NCBI GenBank assembly: GCA_003331625.1
Contig: QOPF01000001.1
Location: 167,474 to 231,473, forward strand
Source: Gammaproteobacteria bacterium
GTDB lineage: Bacteria; Pseudomonadota; Gammaproteobacteria; Magnimaribacterales; AG-339-G14
Direction: 5' to 3'
Length of the DNA: 64,000 nt
This document shows positions 8,766-16,783 of this stretch, one piece after another. The stretch's first letter is position 1. Every line of letters starts with the position of its first letter. Position numbers and translations under genes: made by a program. Below the pieces are notes generated by a model. The model was not told the DNA's origin. It made no database searches and saw nothing but the letters and a program-made list of their open reading frames with translations.

Positions 8766-9347
8766 CTATACTAAATCGCAAGCTTCCGCTGGCATCCAAT
8801 GTGCTTCCTTGCCTTCCCACTTTATATTACAGCCAATGGGATTAGTAACTGGCACAGATATTTTTTTATTTTTGACGAGCTCTGAAAGAACTCTATCTAA
8901 ATCATTAACTTTTATATTAGATGAATCTTTTGGAGAATCAACTCCTCTGCCTGTATAAACTAGCTTTCTCTCTTGATTAAATACATAAAAATGAGGAGTT
9001 TTAAGCGCTCCATAATCTTTCGCAGTCTTTTGAGTCTCGTCGTAAAGATATAGCCAAGGGAATTTAAATTCATCCATTCGTTTAACCATATTATCAAAAC
9101 TATCCTCTTCATATGTATTTTTGCTATTGGAATTAATTGCGATAAATTTAAATTGCTTATTATTAAATTTTTCTACAGTTTTGCGTGTTACCTCATCAGA
9201 ACCGGTTACATATGGACAGTGATTGCAAGTAAAAAAAATTATTAAATTATCAAACTCCTTAAAAGAGTCTAAAGAATAATAATCAACGTCTGTGCCAACT
9301 AAATCAAAGTCTGGAGCCTGGTCACCTGTAGCAAGTGTATAAGCCAA
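8766..9347 (-). CDS. Thioredoxin-fold protein (TlpA/AhpC-TSA-like) with CNHCP redox motif
   Basis: 193 aa with APDFDL...FFTCNHCPYV...TPHFYVF...GCNIKW, typical of a widespread thioredoxin-family group. TTG start lies immediately after the desaturase TAA stop. Confidence 0.75.
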   Translation of the reverse strand: MAYTLATGDQAPDFDLVGTDVDYYSLDSFKEFDNLIIFFTCNHCPYVTGSDEVTRKTVEKFNNKQFKFIAINSNSKNTYEEDSFDNMVKRMDEFKFPWLYLYDETQKTAKDYGALKTPHFYVFNQERKLVYTGRGVDSPKDSSNIKVNDLDRVLSELVKNKKISVPVTNPIGCNIKWEGKEAHWMPAEACDLV

Positions 9348-10259
9348 TTATTTATAGGAAAGAAGTTTGTAGGAAATTTTGTCTGGCAGGTCTTCTGCGC
9401 CAGGTATGCCTCTTTCAATCATAAAAGGCTTTAAAGCTTCTATTGCTTTGGGCTCATCAAAATGACAAATATTAGGATACATGTGATGCATTACGTGTAT
9501 TTGCATTGAATGGTTAAAAAAACGAGGAATTCCATTTACCCAAAATTTTGTATCCTTATATCTTCCTTCCGGGAGAACTTTATGAGGCTCATGAGAAAAG
9601 ATAATTCCAAGATAAGAAGTTATAATTTTTCTGGGTAACCACCATAGAAATAAAGTTTCTAAGGGAAAATAAAAAGCTACCAACATTTGACCAAAAAAGA
9701 ATGCAAGAGCATAGGGAGTGCCTTTTTCAATGTCTGCTTTGAAGTTTGCATCTTTAGTCGCATACATTTCTAACATTGCTTGAAGTCTAGAATTGCCTCC
9801 GTTTGTTTGCCCGTGGGTTTTTAAAGCTGCTTGCCACCACGTATCGACATGCGTATGGAAGTAGTCTGGATCCTTATCTGGATTGTTTGTGTGAGCATGA
9901 TGTTTCATATGAAGAGCTTTCAAAACATGATGAGATTGAGCCAAAGGGATAAGAGATAATTGTCCAACAAAAGCGTTCAACCATTTTAAACTTTTATTTT
10001 TACCTGCTAGATGCCCATGTTGGCCTGCATGCGATGGAAGATAAGAAAAGGATGTTGAGATTATACTCAAGATGAATCCAGCCCAAAGAGGAATGAAGCT
10101 TTGAATAACAAGATACCAAAGGCCAAACCAAACAAACAATTGTCCTAGGCCTATGACAATCATTTCCCATTCAATTCTTCCCATGAAAGATCTAGCAATA
10201 AGTCTTTCTGCATCAATGGATAAATCCGTAAGCTTATTTGAAGAGTCTTGATTAATCAT
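9348..10259 (-). CDS. Membrane di-iron fatty-acid-desaturase-family protein (three His boxes)
   Basis: His boxes are HAGQHGH, HMKHHAHTNNPDKDPDY and HVMHHMYP, with several TM segments. Likely start is ATG at 10259, forming an ATGA overlap with the upstream 69-aa ORF; the ORF track extends to TTG at 10268. Confidence 0.8.
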   Translation of the reverse strand: MINQDSSNKLTDLSIDAERLIARSFMGRIEWEMIVIGLGQLFVWFGLWYLVIQSFIPLWAGFILSIISTSFSYLPSHAGQHGHLAGKNKSLKWLNAFVGQLSLIPLAQSHHVLKALHMKHHAHTNNPDKDPDYFHTHVDTWWQAALKTHGQTNGGNSRLQAMLEMYATKDANFKADIEKGTPYALAFFFGQMLVAFYFPLETLFLWWLPRKIITSYLGIIFSHEPHKVLPEGRYKDTKFWVNGIPRFFNHSMQIHVMHHMYPNICHFDEPKAIEALKPFMIERGIPGAEDLPDKISYKLLSYK

Positions 10260-10465
10260 CCTAACCAACTCCAGTTTTTATGTTTTGCATAGAAGCCAAG
10301 TAAAAGTCCTGCAACGAAACCCGCATAATTTAAAAATAAATTAGTTTCAGAAAACACTATAAAAGAAAGTGCTGCATTGAAAATGCTACCCCAGAATATT
10401 AAGCAAAACCAGACTAAGCCCCAATTTGTGAGGTGATTAGAAAAAGCGTCAGATATTTTATTCAT
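10256..10465 (-). CDS. Small two-TM membrane protein (69 aa), first gene of the desaturase operon
   Basis: Two hydrophobic helices (GLVWFCLIFWGSIFNAALSFIVF and AGFVAGLLLGFYA). ATGA translational coupling to the desaturase. No family recognised. Confidence 0.45.
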   Translation of the reverse strand: MNKISDAFSNHLTNWGLVWFCLIFWGSIFNAALSFIVFSETNLFLNYAGFVAGLLLGFYAKHKNWSWLG

Positions 10466-10554
10466 TTCTAAAAAACAAAAAATTATTTTAATTTATGATA
10501 CTTTGTATTTAAATTAAAAATAATTTATCTTTAAATAAAATTTTAAAAGATACC

Positions 10555-11685
10555 ATGTCAGAAATAAAGAATTTTAAAATTGATATTTCATCTGAGCAAT
10601 TAGATGATCTAAAAAAAAGGCTGGAATTAACGAGATGGCCTGAAAAGGAAACACCAAGCGATTGGACTCAAGGTATTCCCTTGTCTTATATGAAAGAAAT
10701 TCATGATTACTGGTTAAATAAATACGACTGGAAACAACATGAAAAAGTCCTAAATGATTTTCCTCAATTTTCTTCAAAGATAAATGATTTAGATATTCAT
10801 TTTATTCATTTCGAATCACCGCATAAGGAAGCTAAACCACTAATAATTACTCATGGCTGGCCTGGATCAATTGTTGAATTTCTAAAAGTAATTAAACCTT
10901 TAGCAGATCCAGCTCTTAATGGGGGAGATCCTAAAGATGCGTTTCATATTGTTGCACCTTCGTTACCAGGCTTTGGATTTTCAGGAAAACCTTCCGAAAC
11001 AGGATTTGGTGTGGAAAAAATAGCCGATACTTTTGCAAAATTAATGCAAAATCTTGGATATCAAAAATACTTTGCACAAGGTGGTGATTGGGGTTCGGCG
11101 GTTACAACAGCTCTAGGCAATCAAGATTCAAATTGTGAAGCCATTCATCTCAATATGGCAGTGGTTTCACCTGATATGGAAACAATGAATGATTTAACAG
11201 AATTTGAACAAAATGCCTTGGCAGGATTTCAATTTTATCAAGAATGGGATTCTGGCTACTCAAAACAACAATCAACTAGACCTCAAACAATAGGTTATGG
11301 CTTAACTGATTCGCCTATAGGTCAAGCCGCTTGGATCATAGAAAAATTTTACCAATGGACTGACTGTGATGGTCATCCTGAGAATGTCATTTCTCGAGAT
11401 GATTTACTCACAAATGTAATGATTTATTGGCTTACAGAGTCTGCAACATCATCTGCAAGACTATATTGGGAAAGTTTTGGTGATTTTAATGGAGGAGAAG
11501 TTTCAACTCCTACAGGTGTTAGCGTTTATCCAAAAGAAATTTTCCGTGCTTCAGAACGATGGCTTAAAAAAAGATACACCAATCTAAAATACTATAATGT
11601 TTTAGACTCCGGTGGTCACTTTGCAGCTTTTGAAAAACCCGAACTATATATCGAAGAAATTAGAAAATTTTTTAGGCTTTTCTAA
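10555..11685 (+). CDS. Epoxide hydrolase (EHN N-terminal domain plus alpha/beta hydrolase)
   Basis: 376 aa. N-terminal FKIDISSEQLDDLKKRLELTRWP is EHN-like. Also has the oxyanion motif HGWPGS and the nucleophile region GGDWGS. Confidence 0.85.
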   Translation: MSEIKNFKIDISSEQLDDLKKRLELTRWPEKETPSDWTQGIPLSYMKEIHDYWLNKYDWKQHEKVLNDFPQFSSKINDLDIHFIHFESPHKEAKPLIITHGWPGSIVEFLKVIKPLADPALNGGDPKDAFHIVAPSLPGFGFSGKPSETGFGVEKIADTFAKLMQNLGYQKYFAQGGDWGSAVTTALGNQDSNCEAIHLNMAVVSPDMETMNDLTEFEQNALAGFQFYQEWDSGYSKQQSTRPQTIGYGLTDSPIGQAAWIIEKFYQWTDCDGHPENVISRDDLLTNVMIYWLTESATSSARLYWESFGDFNGGEVSTPTGVSVYPKEIFRASERWLKKRYTNLKYYNVLDSGGHFAAFEKPELYIEEIRKFFRLF

Positions 11686-11697
11686 AAACCATAATCT

Positions 11698-12318
11698 TTA
11701 CTTGGGTTCAGCTGAAGGTTGATAACTGTAATAGTTTTCCAAAGGAATCATTAAATGAGCATATTGACTACCTTGGAACATGACATATGGCCCTCCCGTT
11801 GTGTAGTCTGCAGATTGACCATCTAAAGAACTGGGATCTTTTGGCATTAACATTAAGTGTGCACCGGACTCAATATAATGCATATGCCCTGCATCTTTCT
11901 GACCGTCGGTTCCAACAGTAAAATTATCAACTCCTAGATCACCGTGTAACATCCAAATCCAACCATCGGCTTCCATATCCGGAATATCACCTGCTTTATA
12001 GGCATTCGACCAAGCTACAGCATTTTTATCGGAACAGGCAGGCGCTGCATCATGGGCTCTTTCAAATCCTCCTTGAGGCATAGGCATGAAAGATTCACAT
12101 CTCCAACCATTTGTTCCTTCGCGAAGAACAGTACCATCCGCCCCAATTACTGAAGCGAATTTTCCAATGAAATCTGGAGCAGAAGTTGTATATGCCCAAA
12201 TTTGCCATTCTGGAGAGTCGTGCGAAACATCGGGTTCAACAAGAAAAGATGAGATATTTGTTGTTTGAGAACAAGAAATAAAAGTTACAAGTAGTAAAGT
12301 TAATAAAAAATATTTCAT
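11698..12318 (-). CDS. Probable lipoprotein of unknown function (His/Met/Trp/Cys-rich)
   Basis: 206 aa with signal peptide MKYFLLTLLLVTFISC|SQ (lipobox-like). The DNA looks more GC-rich than flanking genes by eye. No family recognised. Confidence 0.6.
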   Translation of the reverse strand: MKYFLLTLLLVTFISCSQTTNISSFLVEPDVSHDSPEWQIWAYTTSAPDFIGKFASVIGADGTVLREGTNGWRCESFMPMPQGGFERAHDAAPACSDKNAVAWSNAYKAGDIPDMEADGWIWMLHGDLGVDNFTVGTDGQKDAGHMHYIESGAHLMLMPKDPSSLDGQSADYTTGGPYVMFQGSQYAHLMIPLENYYSYQPSAEPK

Positions 12319-12375
12319 AATAGATACCTAAATAATAAATTTTAAAAATATTATATTTACTATACAATCCTTCCC

Positions 12376-12663
12376 GTGTTTAACAAAACAAGTTTAATAT
12401 CGTTTCTATGTTCGTTGATTTTTGCCTCAAGTAGCTTACTAGGCGAATTAAGTCACGATCACATAAGCGAACTTTTCGAAAGTGATCATCATGATACTGA
12501 AAGTCATTCACAATGCTTCAGTTGCTTAAATGATCTATTCGAACATAATTTAAACCTCCCTTTAAATACACCACATGTTAAGAATGACTTTGAAGTATCT
12601 TCTTCAAAACATTTTCAAATAGAACAAAGACAGTTTTTTCTTTCTAGGGCTCCGCCTAGATAA
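12376..12663 (+). CDS. Small secreted His/Asp-rich protein with CxxC (95 aa), hypothetical
   Basis: GTG start with plausible signal peptide MFNKTSLISFLCSLIFASSSLLG, then HDH..DHHDTESHSQCFSC. Sits 56 nt upstream of the TonB-dependent receptor on the same strand. No clear Shine-Dalgarno sequence, so the coding status is tentative. Confidence 0.4.
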   Translation: MFNKTSLISFLCSLIFASSSLLGELSHDHISELFESDHHDTESHSQCFSCLNDLFEHNLNLPLNTPHVKNDFEVSSSKHFQIEQRQFFLSRAPPR

Positions 12664-12719
12664 ATTTTACCCCTTAGAACCATTTAACTTTTAATTTTTA
12701 ATTTCCATAGGAGGGAATT

Positions 12720-14738
12720 ATGAAAAATATTTATTATTTTATTTTATTATTTGCATTTCTTAATACAGGATTTGCACAAGAAACTGAAGAAGTAATTGTT
12801 ACCTCTTCGCTTGGAGGAGCTACTTTAGCTGAAATTGATTCACCTATTTTTGTCATCAAGGGTGATGATATAAATTTTGGCGCAACAACTAGTCTAGGAG
12901 AAAATTTAAACTCTCTTTTGGGGGTAAATTCTTCTGATTTTGGTCCTGGTGTCGGTCAGCCAATTATAAGAGGTATGGGTGGAACCAGAGTGAAAATTCT
13001 TTCTAATGGTAAATTAGTGAGAGATGTTTCTGGATTAGGCTCAGACCATTTGAATGATGTTGATATGAACAATGTTCAACAAATTGAGATAGTTCGTGGC
13101 CCATCATCTCTACTTTATTCGAACGGTACTATGGGCGGTATAGTAAACGTAGTTGATCAGACTATTGCCAGTAAAGACTTTGATGGCAACAATTTTAACA
13201 TTGGCCTAGAACGTCAATCTGTCAATCAAGGCACAACAGGTAATTTTTCTTATCAAGGAAACGTAAACGATGTAAACATTACTTATGGATTCAAAAACGT
13301 AAATTTTGAGAACTATGATGTCCCTGCATTCTCCATAATTCATGAAGGTACTCCAGAGGGAGACGAGACTCTAAAGAACTCTGATTTTGCTAGAACAAGC
13401 CAAAAATTTGGAACTTCGGCTGTTAGAGATTGGGGTTATTTAGGTTTTTCTATAGGCAAAGGAGAGAACACTTATGGAATTGCCTACCATGGAGAACATG
13501 AAGATGAACATGAAGGCGAACATGAAGGCGAAGATGATGAAAGAATCCAAGTTGATACCGATTCCGAAAACTTAACTTTAGAGGGCTCTGCAACAAATCT
13601 TTCTGGTTTAGAAAGTTTTAATTATTTCCTTCAGGTAAATGACTACACTTTTATAGAAGGTCATATTGGTGGGAAGCATAATGGCGAATCTACGACTTAT
13701 ACTAATGAATCTTACGAAATAGGTTTAAAAGGAGACATTAGTGGTCTTTCCAATAGTGCTGTTCAAAACTTTACTATCAACATAAATCAAGAAGACATAA
13801 AAATCGTGAAGTCAGATGATGACGAAGTGCCTTTCATGAAGCCCGTTGAATCTCAAACACTTAGTCTTGGATATTTTTATGGTCAAGAATTTGGTATGTT
13901 GGATATTGATTTTGGAGTGCGTCTAGACCAAGTTAGTAGAGATGGTACTTATAATACGACTACTCATGATATTTCAGAAAGTGACTTAAGTACTGCTTTG
14001 ACTTTAGGATGGAACTTGGAAAATAACTTGGGCTTGAGTCTAGGAATTTCCAGCGTGGCTAGAGCGCCGTCAGAACTCGAACTTTTTATGAACGGAAAAC
14101 ATTTAGTTGCCGCAAGAATAGAAAGAGGAAACGTTAATCTAGAATCTGAAAGATCAAATAACATTGATTTTAGTCTTGATTATGAAAATGATGGTTATTT
14201 TTTAAATGCGTCCGTCTATTCTAACTCTGTAGATAGTTATATTTATCTTCTGGATTCAGGAACAAAAATAGATAAGCTTCCTGTAACTAATTTTACTCAG
14301 GCAGATGCTGACTTCAATGGTTATGAGATAGAAGTTGGAAGATCTTTTGCATTGAATAATGGAGATTTTATAATTTCTTATGGAAGAGACGAAGTAGTAG
14401 GAACTTTTTCAAGTGGCGGAAACGTTCCGAGAATTACTCCAGTTAAGAATATCTATAGTTTTGCTTATAGTCAGCAAGATATTACTTATGACATAAAAAT
14501 TAAAGATATCCAAAAGGAAGATGATCTTGGTTTAGGAGAAACTGTCACTAATGGATTCACAATGGTCGACTTTGATATTACTAGAAGTATTTCGATTGGA
14601 AATGACGAAGAACTTGTTTTGTCTGTTTTTGGTTCAAACCTTTTAGATGAAAAAGCTAGAAGTCATACTTCTTATGCAAAGGATCCAGTACCTTTAGCTG
14701 GTCGAAACTTCGGCATAAAACTGAACTTTAACTTTTAA
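12720..14738 (+). CDS. TonB-dependent outer-membrane receptor with His/Glu-rich loop (ZnuD-like metal receptor candidate)
   Basis: 672 aa with signal peptide ...GFA|QE. Plug motifs are PIIRGMGGTRVKILSNG and IEIVRGPSSLLYSNG, and the C-terminal beta-strand ends in F (KLNFNF). Internal run YHGEHEDEHEGEHEGEDDE. Strong RBS TAGGAGGG. Confidence 0.9.
   Translation: MKNIYYFILLFAFLNTGFAQETEEVIVTSSLGGATLAEIDSPIFVIKGDDINFGATTSLGENLNSLLGVNSSDFGPGVGQPIIRGMGGTRVKILSNGKLVRDVSGLGSDHLNDVDMNNVQQIEIVRGPSSLLYSNGTMGGIVNVVDQTIASKDFDGNNFNIGLERQSVNQGTTGNFSYQGNVNDVNITYGFKNVNFENYDVPAFSIIHEGTPEGDETLKNSDFARTSQKFGTSAVRDWGYLGFSIGKGENTYGIAYHGEHEDEHEGEHEGEDDERIQVDTDSENLTLEGSATNLSGLESFNYFLQVNDYTFIEGHIGGKHNGESTTYTNESYEIGLKGDISGLSNSAVQNFTININQEDIKIVKSDDDEVPFMKPVESQTLSLGYFYGQEFGMLDIDFGVRLDQVSRDGTYNTTTHDISESDLSTALTLGWNLENNLGLSLGISSVARAPSELELFMNGKHLVAARIERGNVNLESERSNNIDFSLDYENDGYFLNASVYSNSVDSYIYLLDSGTKIDKLPVTNFTQADADFNGYEIEVGRSFALNNGDFIISYGRDEVVGTFSSGGNVPRITPVKNIYSFAYSQQDITYDIKIKDIQKEDDLGLGETVTNGFTMVDFDITRSISIGNDEELVLSVFGSNLLDEKARSHTSYAKDPVPLAGRNFGIKLNFNF
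13494..13541 (+). repeat. Imperfect 12-nt tandem repeat x4 (GAACATGAAGAT GAACATGAAGGC GAACATGAAGGC GAAGATGATGAA) inside the receptor gene
   Basis: Read directly. The middle two units are identical. Together they encode EHED-EHEG-EHEG-EDDE. Confidence 0.7.
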
Positions 14739-14758
14739 GTTAAAGAGTCCCCCTAGAG

Positions 14759-14790
14759 CACCTCTTCAATTTATTTGAAGAGGTGTTTCT
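14759..14790. terminator. Hairpin terminator between the convergent receptor and sulfatase genes
   Basis: An 11-bp perfect stem, CACCTCTTCAA (14759-14769) with TTGAAGAGGTG (14775-14785), and a 5-nt loop, followed by TTTCT on the + strand. Fits better as the + strand terminator, since the minus-strand trailing sequence is not T-rich. Confidence 0.6.
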
Positions 14791-16435
14791 AATTTGACCA
14801 ATAGATATATTCGTCCCCTTCTTCGTACTTCTGTCCATCATATTTATCAATCATTATTGGGGCTTCAAAAGCTGATGGAAAAAGAGGATCGCTTTGCTTT
14901 TCATTAAATTCAACCAATAAACTTTCAATGAACTGAGCCTCTCTTGGATAAGTATCTATAACATTATTTTTTTCAAAAGGATCAGAAGAAGTATCAAATA
15001 ACCATCTATTATTTTCTTTAATGCTTATTAAGTATTTCCAGTTTTTATGTAAAACCGATTGGTGATTACCTGAACGCCAAAAAAGAGTTTCATGAGGTTT
15101 ATTAAGTGTCTCTTTATTAATGAAAGGTAATAAATTTACACCGTCAACAAGGAGTTTATCCTTTACTTCTAAATTTGCTGCTGCAGCAATTGTAGAAAAA
15201 ATATCGAAGTGGTGAATAGCATCGTCGAATTTACCGCCAGCTTCAATTTGATCAGGCCAACTAAAAATAAAGGGCACTCTGATACCGCCATCAAAAAAAG
15301 ATATCTTCCAACCTCGGTAAGGTTTATTGATGTCTTCAAGTTCAATGTAGTTTGCACCACCATTGTCGCTGGTAAATATGATCATGGTTTTCCCAAAGAT
15401 TTTTAACTCTTTAAGTTTTTCTATAATTTTGCCAACACTGCGATCAAGTGCACGAATCATGCCTGAATAAACCTGAAGATTATGTCCGGACATATGCTTC
15501 ATTTGTTCAACATCAGATCTTAAAGCTTGTAATGGATTGTGAATTGCCCAATGGCTTAAGTATAGAAAGAAAGGTCGGTTATGGTTATTTTCAATTACCT
15601 TCAATGCCTCATCGGTATAGTAATCCGTGACATATTTATCAGGAGCAAAAGATTTGCTGCCATTAAATCTAGCTGCATACTGAGAGGAAGACCAAACCAT
15701 CTTATCAATGCTTGTATCAAACTTGGCATTTACAACTTCCGGGTCATTCTCAGGAAGATATGAACTGCCCGCAAGTGATAAAGAGTCAACAAAACCCTGA
15801 CTTTGAGGATCCATGCCATTGGTAATTCCTAAATGCCATTTGCCAATATGAGCGGTGTAATATCCAGAATCCTTAAGAAGTTCAGCTATAGTAATTTGTT
15901 CAGTAGGCATGCCCATATCAAAATATGGGGGCAGGTTATTTGCTACTTCTCGATCAATTCTGCCTCTCAATTCGGCATCATCTTCTTCGACCAACCAAGA
16001 AAGGATAAATCTTGCTGGATCGGGTACTGGCGTAAACTCATAACCAAATCTTGTAGCATATTTGCCTGTCATGATTGATGCTCGTGAGGGAGCACAAGTT
16101 GCATTAGCTGCGTAACCTCTTGAAAACCAAACACCACTTGCAGCTAATTCATCTATGTGTGGTGTTTGGAACGAACCGTCTGCAGCTCCGCCATTGTGAA
16201 GCGAGATATCGTTGTAGCCCATATCATCTGCGAGAATTAAAATTATGTTTGGTCGATCGTCCTGAGTTGTTTCTTTTGGAGCAACAGACCAGGATGTTGG
16301 GATGTTTTCTTGAATGGGATTAAGAAAATTCATCATCTTGGGTAAGGACCAAATTAAAATATTGACTTTATATTCCCACGCTACAACACCAATGAAAACA
16401 ATTGCAATGAGCGAGTAAAGCGACTTTTTGAGCAT
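14789..16435 (-). CDS. Cys-type sulfatase (arylsulfatase family) with N-terminal membrane anchor
   Basis: 548 aa. Has the formylglycine motif CAPSRASIMTGKY, metal ligands in ILILADDMGYND, and N-terminal TM segment LYSLIAIVFIGVVAW. Confidence 0.9.
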   Translation of the reverse strand: MLKKSLYSLIAIVFIGVVAWEYKVNILIWSLPKMMNFLNPIQENIPTSWSVAPKETTQDDRPNIILILADDMGYNDISLHNGGAADGSFQTPHIDELAASGVWFSRGYAANATCAPSRASIMTGKYATRFGYEFTPVPDPARFILSWLVEEDDAELRGRIDREVANNLPPYFDMGMPTEQITIAELLKDSGYYTAHIGKWHLGITNGMDPQSQGFVDSLSLAGSSYLPENDPEVVNAKFDTSIDKMVWSSSQYAARFNGSKSFAPDKYVTDYYTDEALKVIENNHNRPFFLYLSHWAIHNPLQALRSDVEQMKHMSGHNLQVYSGMIRALDRSVGKIIEKLKELKIFGKTMIIFTSDNGGANYIELEDINKPYRGWKISFFDGGIRVPFIFSWPDQIEAGGKFDDAIHHFDIFSTIAAAANLEVKDKLLVDGVNLLPFINKETLNKPHETLFWRSGNHQSVLHKNWKYLISIKENNRWLFDTSSDPFEKNNVIDTYPREAQFIESLLVEFNEKQSDPLFPSAFEAPIMIDKYDGQKYEEGDEYIYWSN

Positions 16436-16470
16436 TTTGAATTCTCTCCCTGAAAGAAGAATATAGGATA

Positions 16471-16487
16471 TGACAGTTTGACTGTCA
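16471..16487. promoter_or_regulatory. Inverted repeat TGACAGT-TTG-ACTGTCA upstream of the sulfatase start
   Basis: 7-bp perfect arms with a 3-nt spacer, 36-52 nt upstream of the sulfatase ATG. Could arise by chance in about 350 bp of non-coding DNA. Confidence 0.25.
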
Positions 16488-16592
16488 AAAACCTTTAATC
16501 GAGAGTGACAATATCTGAGGATTCGTCTTCGTAATCCAAACCTTCTTTTAATAAAAATAGTTTCTCAAACCGGAAAAATTTAAGAGTAAAAA

Positions 16593-16669
<77 letters not shown>

Positions 16670-16712
16670 AAAATTAGAAGTAAAAATTTATCTTGCTGAT
16701 CTTGGAAAATGG

Positions 16713-16718
16713 ATTATA
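16713..16718 (-). promoter_or_regulatory. Possible -10 box (TATAAT) for tRNA-Ile
   Basis: Perfect TATAAT on the minus strand, 43 nt upstream of the tRNA 5' end. The -35 region is weak. Confidence 0.3.
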
Positions 16719-16783
16719 GGTTTTTTTTCTTGCAGATACTATGTAAAGTAAAAAAACTTTAAGAATAATTTTTTGGGAGAAAA

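Noticed and set aside
12319-12375. AT-rich dyad AAATAT-T-ATATTT as a possible Zur/Fur box for the metal module
   Set aside because: It does not match the Fur (GATAATGATAATCATTATC) or Zur (…TGTTATAWTATAACA…) consensus beyond general AT-richness. Such short AT dyads are expected by chance here.
15169-16323. Cluster of 60-81-aa ORFs on both strands within the sulfatase gene
   Set aside because: The 548-aa sulfatase frame is uninterrupted and has canonical active-site motifs. The short ORFs are alternative-frame noise.
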